Made by a program: the position numbers and the translations under genes. Shown in pieces: positions 8,359 through 15,418 of a stretch of DNA of 55,730 bases. The notes under the pieces are model-generated. The model was given only the letters and a program-made list of their open reading frames with translations. It did not search any database and was not told the DNA's origin. The stretch's first letter is position 1; the number at the start of each line of letters is the position of its first letter. The DNA comes from an uncultured Planctomycetota bacterium (lineage in GTDB: Bacteria; Planctomycetota; PUPC01): NCBI GenBank assembly GCA_964505325.1, contig CAZDHT010000004.1, positions 1 through 55,730 of the forward strand. Direction: 5' to 3'.

Positions 8359-9777
8359 ATGACCGACCACCAGCGGGCGGAAACCGCGCTGCCGGAGCAC
8401 CCCGCCGTGACGCCCAACCTGGACGCGCTCGGTCGCAACGGCGTGACCTTTACCAACACGCACTGCCCCTCGCCGCACTGCTGTCCGGCGCGGGCCACAT
8501 TCTGGAGCGGGCTGTATCCGTCGCGGCACGGCGTGTGGAACAACGTTCTCAACGCCCAGGCGCTCTCCCGCGGCCTGAAGGACGGCGTCCGGCTGTGGAG
8601 CGAGGACCTCGCCGAGGCCGGCTATGCGATGCACTGGCTCGGCAAGTGGCACGTCAGCGCGGTGGAGTCGCCGAAGGATCGCGGCTGGACCGAACACCAG
8701 GTCAGCGCCGGGCCGAGCACCGTCCACGGCGGCTCGTGGGACTACTATAAGGGCCTCGCGGGGCAGACCGAAGACGCCAAACGCGGCGAGGGCCAGGTCC
8801 GCCGACCGGGCTATGGAACCTATACGACCTATGGGACCCGTGACCTGTCGGGACACCACGACGTGCGGATCACCGAGCGGGCAGAGGCGCTCCTGCCCGA
8901 GCTGGCGGCGGGAGCCGAGCCGTGGTGCCTGTTCGTTGGCGCGACCGGCCCGCACGATCCGTATTTTGTCCCACAGAAGTTCCTCGACCTGTACGACCTC
9001 GATGACGTGCCGCTTCCTCTCAGCTACGCCGACGAGATGAAGGACAAGCCGGTCATTTACCAGCGGATGCGCGAGCAACGATTCGGCCAGCTCTGCGAGC
9101 GCGAGGTCCGCGAGGCCATCCGCCACTTCTGGGCGTACTGCTCGTTTCTCGACCACCTGTTTGGAAAGCTGCTTTCGGCACTTGACGAAACAGGCCAGGC
9201 CGAGAACACCGTCGTGCTCTATTGCTCGGACCATGGCGACTACTGCGGCGACCACGGGCTGTTCGCCAAGGGTATTCCGTGCTTCCGCGGCGCCTACCAC
9301 GTGCCGGCGGTGATGCGATGGCCCGCCGGCATCCGCCACCCGGGGCGCCGGGTGGACGAGCTGGTCTCGCTGGCCGATTTCGCGCCGACGTTTCTCGAGC
9401 TGGCCGACGTGCCGGCCGACCGGTATTTCACCGGCGCCAGCCTGGCGCCTTTCCTGCGCGACGAGACCCCCGTCGAATGGCGCGAGGCGCTCTTCACCCA
9501 GTGCAACGGCGTGGAGCTGTACTTCACCCAGCGCTCGGTGCTGACCCGGGAATGGCGGTACACGTTCAACGGCTTCGACTGGGACGAACTGTACGACCTC
9601 CGGAGCGACCCGCACGAGATGAGGAATCTGGCGCGGGACCCGAAGTACCGCGACGTAGTGCGAGAGATGTGTCGGCGGATGTGGCGGTTCGCGCTCGCGG
9701 AGGAAGACACCGCCATCAACCAGTACATCACCGTGTCGCTGGCGCCCTTCGGCCCGGCCGAAGCGTTTCGACAGTGA
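8359..9777 (+). CDS. type-I sulfatase (formylglycine-dependent)
   Basis: CCPARATFWSG (C-x-P-x-R motif) and sulfatase-like sequence throughout. The conserved first strand RPNILIF lies in frame upstream of the first start codon, so the 5' end is unresolved (see findings). Confidence 0.85.
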   Translation: MTDHQRAETALPEHPAVTPNLDALGRNGVTFTNTHCPSPHCCPARATFWSGLYPSRHGVWNNVLNAQALSRGLKDGVRLWSEDLAEAGYAMHWLGKWHVSAVESPKDRGWTEHQVSAGPSTVHGGSWDYYKGLAGQTEDAKRGEGQVRRPGYGTYTTYGTRDLSGHHDVRITERAEALLPELAAGAEPWCLFVGATGPHDPYFVPQKFLDLYDLDDVPLPLSYADEMKDKPVIYQRMREQRFGQLCEREVREAIRHFWAYCSFLDHLFGKLLSALDETGQAENTVVLYCSDHGDYCGDHGLFAKGIPCFRGAYHVPAVMRWPAGIRHPGRRVDELVSLADFAPTFLELADVPADRYFTGASLAPFLRDETPVEWREALFTQCNGVELYFTQRSVLTREWRYTFNGFDWDELYDLRSDPHEMRNLARDPKYRDVVREMCRRMWRFALAEEDTAINQYITVSLAPFGPAEAFRQ

Positions 9778-9898
9778 AACAAGGAAGAACGGGAGACCGG
9801 AAAAGAGAAGTCCTCCGCCCGAAGGGCGGCGCGATCCTCTCTCTCCCGTTTTCCCTCTTCTCCCTTTTTCCTTCCTTACGCCTGTTCCACCTCCGCGG

Positions 9899-9926
9899 TT
9901 GCGCTTCCTGCGACACCCGGTATAAT
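9899..9926 (+). promoter_or_regulatory. sigma-70-type promoter candidate
   Basis: TTGCGC (9899-9904), 16 nt, TATAAT (9921-9926), about 40 nt upstream of the 9965 start. Confidence 0.55.
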
Positions 9927-9964
9927 CCCGGTCGTAACTCAGAACCCACATGAAGGAGGTCACG

Positions 9965-10948
9965 ATGGGAGAGTCATTGGCCGACAAACCCGCTCCCGAG
10001 CTGAGCGACCGGATCCGCGGCAGGCAGGCCCCGCACATCGGCGTCTTCAGCCGAGAAGAACTGGCCGAAATCATCGCCCTGGGCGAATGGTTCCGCGAAA
10101 ACCGCTACGACATGACCTACGCGAACTTGCTCCACGGTCGCGTGCTGGGGCTGCTGTTCGTGTATGAATCCACGCGGACGCGGCTCGGCTTCGAGGCGGC
10201 GATGGCGCAGCTCGGCGGCACTAACGTCTACCTGCCCGTCGCCTCGACCCAGATGGGCCGCGGCGAATCGATGGCCGACACCGCCCGGGCCATGGACCAG
10301 TACCTCGATGTCTTCTGCGGGCGGCTGTGGAAGCAGGAGGACATGGACGAGGCCTGCGCCAACATGACCGTGCCCGTCCTCAACGCCTGCACCCCCCGCG
10401 ACCACACCACCCACAACATCGGCGAGCTGATGGCCATCAAGCAGGCGAAGGGGCGGCTCGAAGGGCTTAACCTCGTCTACACGGGCATGGCCCGCGGCCT
10501 GCTGCACTCGTTCCTCCGCGTGTGTCCGGTGCTGGGTGTCAACTTCGTCGCCGCCGTCCCGCCGTCCTACGCCGAGACCCTCGACCCGGACGTGCTCGCC
10601 GAGGGCGAGGCCCGCGCGGGCGAGGCCGGCACGCGCCTCGAGGTGGTCACCGACCTCAAGAAGGCGGTCGAGGATGCTGACTTCATCCAGGCCAGCACCC
10701 TCATTCGCAGCATGCTCGCCGGCGAGCAGTCGCCCGAGGAGAAGGCCGTCGTGGTCGAGGAGTGGACGGTCACCGACGAGGTGCTCGACTGCGCCAAGCC
10801 GGACGTGCTCTACAGCCACTCCGGCCCCGCCCACCGCGGCGTGTGCGCCACCAACGAGGTGATGGACGGCCCCCGCCAGATCATTCAGCAGGAGGCCCTC
10901 AACGCGATCTACTCGAAGAAGGCCCTGCTGGCGCTGATGGTGAAGTGA
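9965..10948 (+). CDS. aspartate/ornithine carbamoyltransferase-family protein (atypical second-substrate motif)
   Basis: STRTR carbamoyl-phosphate motif (VYESTRTRLGFE) with an HSGPAHRG motif in place of HCLP/HPLPR. The ATG at 9965 is preferred because AAGGAGG sits 5 nt upstream, inside the longer 9950 ORF. Confidence 0.8.
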   Translation: MGESLADKPAPELSDRIRGRQAPHIGVFSREELAEIIALGEWFRENRYDMTYANLLHGRVLGLLFVYESTRTRLGFEAAMAQLGGTNVYLPVASTQMGRGESMADTARAMDQYLDVFCGRLWKQEDMDEACANMTVPVLNACTPRDHTTHNIGELMAIKQAKGRLEGLNLVYTGMARGLLHSFLRVCPVLGVNFVAAVPPSYAETLDPDVLAEGEARAGEAGTRLEVVTDLKKAVEDADFIQASTLIRSMLAGEQSPEEKAVVVEEWTVTDEVLDCAKPDVLYSHSGPAHRGVCATNEVMDGPRQIIQQEALNAIYSKKALLALMVK

Positions 10949-11282
10949 GTTCCACCATGAAGGGCGCGAACAACACCAAGAATCACCCGCCAGCGACGTT
11001 CCCCCTGCGAGCCGCCGAAGGAATCCGAACATCGTCGCCCCGGCAGCCCAGAATCGACGCGGCCGACGCAACTCCTTGCCAAGCAAGCACCTACACCCCA
11101 CGTCCGTGCCAGGCACCCAGGTCCGCAGGCCTGCTAGGCACCGACCTCGGCACTCGCGGAGCACGGTTTGCTCGACAAGGGGCTGGCGCCGTTCGCCAAG
11201 TCAGTGGTCGATATCCTTCAGGGAAAGTACGACCAACGCGAAGGACAGGTGTTTGGCAAGAAGTTCTTGGCGGGACACCAAT

Positions 11283-11302
11283 AAAAAAGGCCCCGAAGGG
11301 CC
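11283..11302 (-). terminator. intrinsic terminator candidate (minus strand)
   Basis: On the minus strand: GGCCC-TTCG-GGGCC followed by TTTTTT. On the plus strand this reads AAAAAAGGCCCCGAAGGGCC. Confidence 0.45.
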
Positions 11303-11417
11303 CCGATGGCTTTCGCCATCCACCTCCGGTATCCCGGATTACCCATAGCATACCCCAAGATCTCTCCGCTGGCAAGCGCTATCTCCAAAAAAACCGCCCC
11401 CGGCCTCAGCGGAATCC

Positions 11418-11527
11418 GCGCCACCAACGAGGTGATGGACGGCCCCCGCCAGATCATCAAGCAGGAGGCGCTGAACGCCATCTACTCCAAGAAGGCGCTT
11501 CTGGCGCTGATGGTGACGTGGGGCTGA
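11418..11527 (+). repeat. second copy of the carbamoyltransferase 3' end (orphan C-terminal coding remnant)
   Basis: Encodes ATNEVMDGPRQIIKQEALNAIYSKKALLALMVTWG*. The gene end at 10845-10948 encodes ATNEVMDGPRQIIQQEALNAIYSKKALLALMVK*. Confidence 0.85.
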
Positions 11528-11533
11528 GCCTAC

Positions 11534-11827
11534 TTAGAACCAGTACAGCCTCATTTCTTCGAGGAACCCCCGCTCGATGGGGAAGTCCGAACGCGAGCCG
11601 ATGACGCTGTCGATGCCGCAGCGAGGGCAGAGGGCAGTCTGCCCCTCCCCGGTGTCGTCGTCATCGACCCAGTCTTCGATCTGCCCCGGTGCGAACGTCG
11701 CACAGCAGTAGAAGCAACCGCACAGATCGCTCCGTTCGATCTCGGTGCGATGCCGCATCGAGTGCTTATGAGCTTGTCTGATTCTTTCGGGAAATGCATC
11801 GAGCCCGTCATCGATTTCGCCGTGCAT
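11534..11827 (-). CDS. Cys-rich small protein (CxC...CxxC), function unknown
   Basis: 97-aa ORF with CGCFYCCATF...ALCPRCGIDSVIG. It lies 57 nt downstream of mazF on the same strand. Family name not recalled with confidence. Confidence 0.55.
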   Translation of the reverse strand: MHGEIDDGLDAFPERIRQAHKHSMRHRTEIERSDLCGCFYCCATFAPGQIEDWVDDDDTGEGQTALCPRCGIDSVIGSRSDFPIERGFLEEMRLYWF

Positions 11828-11884
11828 CCGAGCCCCTCGCCGGGGTCAGCTCGCCTTGACGGGCGCTTCTTGCCATGCCGCACA

Positions 11885-12208
11885 CTACGGCGCAAACATC
11901 GCGTGCAGCACGCCCAGCACGCCCTGTTGCACCCGCGGCGAAACGCGGCCCAGCCGGCGCACCAGCCGCGTCTTGTCCACGGTCCGGACTTGGTCCAGCA
12001 CGACCTGTCCCTTCTTGCCCTGAAACGTGCACGGCACGCGGGTCGGGTAGTCACGCCCCTTGGTCGTCATTGGCGCGACTATGACCGTGCCGATGTGCCG
12101 GTTCATCTCATCGGGCGAGACGACCAGGCAAGGTCGCGCCTTCCTGATCTCCCTGCCTCGTGTCGGATCGAGAGACACCAGAAAGACATCGAATCGGCGG
12201 ACTACCAC
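11885..12208 (-). CDS. mazF: MazF/PemK-family endoribonuclease toxin
   Basis: RRFDVFLVSLDPTRGREIRKARPCLVVSPDEMN...VAPMTTK is typical PemK/MazF sequence. The GTG at 12208 overlaps the mazE stop; an alternative ATG is at 12229. Confidence 0.85.
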   Translation of the reverse strand: MVVRRFDVFLVSLDPTRGREIRKARPCLVVSPDEMNRHIGTVIVAPMTTKGRDYPTRVPCTFQGKKGQVVLDQVRTVDKTRLVRRLGRVSPRVQQGVLGVLHAMFAP

Positions 12209-12450
12209 TCCCACTCCTCTGCATCCCATTCGGTGGTGGACTCGGCGACCAGCAGGCGGTCGTCCCCTCGTTCTGCCATAGCAGCAAACGCCTCGTCCCA
12301 GCCTTCGCGGGGCCGATGAGCGGAGCGAATCACGAGTTCGCCGTCGCGGATGTCCATCTCGATCTCGCCCTCCAGTCCACACTGCTCACAGATGGGCTTC
12401 GGTATGCGAATTCCTTGCGAGTTCCCGACCTTGACCAGCTTGGCTTTCAT
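12202..12450 (-). CDS. mazE: AbrB/MazE/SpoVT-type antitoxin
   Basis: MKAKLVKVGNSQGIRIPKP (swapped-hairpin AbrB-type N-terminus) with an acidic C-terminus. Immediately upstream of and overlapping mazF. Confidence 0.85.
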   Translation of the reverse strand: MKAKLVKVGNSQGIRIPKPICEQCGLEGEIEMDIRDGELVIRSAHRPREGWDEAFAAMAERGDDRLLVAESTTEWDAEEWEW

Positions 12451-12456
12451 GCTTAC

Positions 12457-12485
12457 AATGTACCCACTTCGGGCCCGGAAATCAA
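12457..12485 (-). promoter_or_regulatory. sigma-70-type promoter candidate for mazEF
   Basis: Minus strand: TTGATT, 17 nt, TACATT, with the -10 ending 6 nt before the mazE ATG. Confidence 0.5.
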
Positions 12486-12505
12486 GCCTGTTGGCGCAGT
12501 GGTCT

Positions 12506-12587
12506 GCGCCACATCATCCAGCAGGAGGTCCTCAACGCGGTCTACGCGAAGACGGCGCTTCTGGCGCTGAGGACGGAGTGCGCTTGA
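12506..12587 (+). repeat. third, more diverged and internally deleted copy of the carbamoyltransferase 3' end
   Basis: GCGCCAC followed by a frame reading IIQQEVLNAVYAKTALLALRTECA*. It lacks the NEVMDGPRQ segment. Confidence 0.75.
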
Positions 12588-12652
12588 CCGCGCTGCCGCA
12601 CCGTGGTACAAGTCATCTCGATGCTGGTGCCCAACCGCCTTCGGAGGTCCCG

Positions 12653-13504
12653 GTGAGAACGTATCTCCAGTGCGTGCCGTGCTTTGTGCGCCAGACGCTC
12701 GAAGCGGTTCAAATGGCCTCCAGCGCCCCGGCCGTCCACGAGCAGGTCATGCGCGAGGTTCTGCATCGGACCTCACAAATGGACCTGGGCGATTCGCCCC
12801 CCACGATGGGCCAGGCCATCCACCGAATTATCAAGCAGATCACCGGTGTCGCCGATCCCTACCGCGATGCGAAACGGCGGCTCAACGCGTTCGCCCTCCG
12901 GCTCTACGACGAGCTGGCCCCGCAGACCGACAAGGCCGCCGACCCCGTCTCGGCGGCTGTCCACCTCGCCGCGGCGGGGAACGTTGTCGACCTCGGCGTC
13001 AAGTCCGGCCTCGACCACGATCAGATCCGGTCCGCCGTCCGCGGCGCGCTGGACGACCCCCTCGACCCCCGCGAGGTCGAGCGATTCAGGCAAGCCATCG
13101 CCGCCGCCCGCGATATCCTTTACCTTGGCGACAACAGTGGAGAGATTGTGTTCGACCGCATGCTGATCGAACGCCTCCCGCGCGAGAACATCACGTTCGT
13201 CGTTCGCGGCGAACCGATCATCAACGATGCAACGATGCAGGACGCCATTGAGACCGGAATGGCCGACCTGGTCCCCGTGATCGACAACGGCTCCGACGCG
13301 CCGGGGACAATTCTCTCTGACTGCTCGCCCGAATTCCGCGAACGCTTCGCCCGGGCGGACTTGATCATCAGCAAGGGTCAGGGCAACTACGAGACGCTCA
13401 GTGAGGAAGACAGGCCGATCTTCTATCTGCTCAAGGTCAAGTGCCCCGTCATCGCGCAAGACATCGGCGAGCCGGTCGGCACGCTGATCCTTCGCAGGAA
13501 GTGA
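12653..13504 (+). CDS. DUF89/ARMT1-like damage-control phosphatase family protein
   Basis: YLQCVPCFVRQ..., GDNSGEIVFD, ISKGQGNYE motifs. The GTG at 12653 with GGAGG upstream is preferred; the longer track ORF from 12350 only reads through repeat copy 3. Confidence 0.8.
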   Translation: MRTYLQCVPCFVRQTLEAVQMASSAPAVHEQVMREVLHRTSQMDLGDSPPTMGQAIHRIIKQITGVADPYRDAKRRLNAFALRLYDELAPQTDKAADPVSAAVHLAAAGNVVDLGVKSGLDHDQIRSAVRGALDDPLDPREVERFRQAIAAARDILYLGDNSGEIVFDRMLIERLPRENITFVVRGEPIINDATMQDAIETGMADLVPVIDNGSDAPGTILSDCSPEFRERFARADLIISKGQGNYETLSEEDRPIFYLLKVKCPVIAQDIGEPVGTLILRRK

Positions 13505-13589
13505 GAGAACGGATTCCCGGCCGAATCATCCGAGGACGGCGCCATCCAAGCCAGGGAGGCCCCGCTGGCGCTCGTGGGCTCCGCTCGGG

Positions 13590-14591
13590 TCACGGCTTCT
13601 CCGGCACGTCGAAGCGGCGTACGCGGGCGTGGCAGCCCCGCTCGGGATGCTTCTTCAGGTAATCCTGGTGAGACTCTTCCGCCGGGTAGAACTTGCCGGC
13701 GCGCACCACCTGCGTGACCACCTTGTACCCCTTGTCCCGAAGCACCCCGATAAGCTTCTCGGCGGTCTTCTTCTGCTCTTCGTTCGCGTAGAAGACGGCC
13801 GAGCGATACTGCGTGCCCGCGTCGGGCCCCTGGCGGTCGAGCTGGGTCGGATCATGGATCTCGAAGAACAGCTTGGCCAGTTGCTCGTAGGAGACCCGCG
13901 TCGGGTCGTACGCAACCCGGACAGCCTCGGCGTGACCGGTCCGTCCCGTGCATACCTGCCGGTACGTGGGCTCGGACACCGTTCCGCCCGTATAGCCAGA
14001 GGTGACGCTGATCACCCCGTCGGCCTGTTGGAAGTGGTGCTCGACGCCCCAGAAGCATCCGCCCGCAAAGATCGCTTCTGCCGTCCGGGCCTCCCCAGCG
14101 GGCCGGAAGACGAGCGACACGGAATTGACGCAGTGCCGGACGTTCCTGGGGGTGAGCCGTTCGCCCTTGAAGACGTGGCCTAGGTGGCCGCCGCAGCGGG
14201 CGCAGACGATCTCCGTGCGTCGGCCGTCCGGATCGGGCTGGCGCTTCACCGCTTCCGGCATCTCGTCGTCGAAGCTTGGCCAGCCACAATCCGAGCGGAA
14301 CTTGCCCGTGGACGAGTACAGCTCGGCGCCGCACTGCCGGCATGTGTAAACGCCGTTCTCAAAATGATTCCAGTACTTCCCGGTGAACGCGCGCTCCGTG
14401 CCCTTCTCGAGAATGACGCGCTTCTCCTCCTCGCTGAGAGGAGGCATCTGTCGCGAGCCCGGGTCGCTGGTATCCACGGCGGTCTTCTCCTTCTTGTTCG
14501 TGTCCTCAATCGACGGGCAACCGCAGGCAAGCAGGGCCGCCACTGTCGCAACGCTGGCGCACAGAAAGACGAGCGGTTTTCTCAACTGCAT
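13590..14591 (-). CDS. lipoprotein-type bifunctional methionine sulfoxide reductase (MsrB domain then MsrA domain)
   Basis: Lipobox-like LLACGC. MsrB: CRQCGAELY...CARCGGHLGHVF...RHCVNS. MsrA: GGCFWGVE. Start at MQLRK within track ORF 13590..14618. Confidence 0.9.
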   Translation of the reverse strand: MQLRKPLVFLCASVATVAALLACGCPSIEDTNKKEKTAVDTSDPGSRQMPPLSEEEKRVILEKGTERAFTGKYWNHFENGVYTCRQCGAELYSSTGKFRSDCGWPSFDDEMPEAVKRQPDPDGRRTEIVCARCGGHLGHVFKGERLTPRNVRHCVNSVSLVFRPAGEARTAEAIFAGGCFWGVEHHFQQADGVISVTSGYTGGTVSEPTYRQVCTGRTGHAEAVRVAYDPTRVSYEQLAKLFFEIHDPTQLDRQGPDAGTQYRSAVFYANEEQKKTAEKLIGVLRDKGYKVVTQVVRAGKFYPAEESHQDYLKKHPERGCHARVRRFDVPEKP

Positions 14592-14747
14592 GGGGCCACT
14601 CCGCAACACTCCGGCCACCCCCCATTATACCACTGCGCGTTCAAGTTCGTTTCTGTAAGTCGGTCCCGCCCGCGACCGGAGCGGCTGCGGCAAGGACGGC
14701 GAGAGACAGCCTGTCTCGCAGAGCTGCTTCACCTCGGCGACCGGCGG

Positions 14748-15035
14748 TCAACTTGCCTCGACCAGCGGTCGCACCCGCCTCTTGATAGGGTGCGTGGCTA
14801 GGTCGTAGCTGGCCTGGGCGTTCATCCAGAACTCGGGCGTGGTGCCCAGCGCCGCCGCGAAAAGCTGAGCGGTTTCCGGGCTGACCGCGCGCTTCCTTCG
14901 CACAATCTCGTTCACCCGCCGGACGGGCACCCCAATATGCTGCGCGAATGCGGTCTGCGTGATGCCGAGCGGCCGCAGGAACTCCTCCTGCAGGATCTCG
15001 CCCGGCGCCGTTGGTGCTCGGTGTCTTGGGATCAT
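14748..15035 (-). CDS. higA: HigA-family (XRE HTH) antitoxin
   Basis: PGEILQEEFLRPLGITQTAFAQHIGVPVRRVNEIVRRKRAVSPETA is typical HigA/VapI sequence. Confidence 0.9.
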   Translation of the reverse strand: MIPRHRAPTAPGEILQEEFLRPLGITQTAFAQHIGVPVRRVNEIVRRKRAVSPETAQLFAAALGTTPEFWMNAQASYDLATHPIKRRVRPLVEAS

Positions 15036-15047
15036 TGGTCACCTCCG

Positions 15048-15344
15048 TCAGCGTCTGTGGTAGTCAACGATCGACACGTCGTGAGCAGCGCCCTCGTGCC
15101 ACCGGAACGCCACCCGCCATTGGTCGTTGACGCGAATGCTGTGATAGCCTCGCAGAGCACCCTTCAACGCCTCCAGGCGATTCCCGGGCGGAGCAGCGAG
15201 GTCCTGGAGCGCCTGGGCGAACTCGATCATATCGAGTTTGCGGCGCGCGACCCGCCACAGGTCACGTGGGAACCGCCGCACACGCCGCGTCCGCGACCCG
15301 TGATACAAGTCCTCGGCAGCTCGGTCACCGAACGACGCAATCAT
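15048..15344 (-). CDS. higB: HigB/RelE-like toxin (plasmid maintenance system killer family)
   Basis: 98-aa ORF with ...LEALKGALRGYHSIRVNDQWRVAFRW.... Directly upstream of higA. Confidence 0.85.
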   Translation of the reverse strand: MIASFGDRAAEDLYHGSRTRRVRRFPRDLWRVARRKLDMIEFAQALQDLAAPPGNRLEALKGALRGYHSIRVNDQWRVAFRWHEGAAHDVSIVDYHRR

Positions 15345-15418
15345 TCGCCGGTTCCTGTCTATACACAGTATACCACGTTACCGCCATGCGTGCAAGCCAG
15401 ACTCGCCCCCAGCGAACG

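Noticed and set aside
11306-11527. 73-aa ORF ending in ...ATNEVMDGPRQIIKQEALNAIYSKKALLALMVTWG
   Set aside because: Only its last ~35 residues are meaningful, and they duplicate the carbamoyltransferase C-terminus. The N-terminal part has no SD or homology. I treat it as a gene-end remnant rather than a gene.
12350-12652. N-terminal extension of the DUF89 ORF in the track
   Set aside because: The extension reads through the mazE antisense strand and repeat copy 3. The DUF89 homology begins at the GTG at 12653, which has GGAGG upstream.
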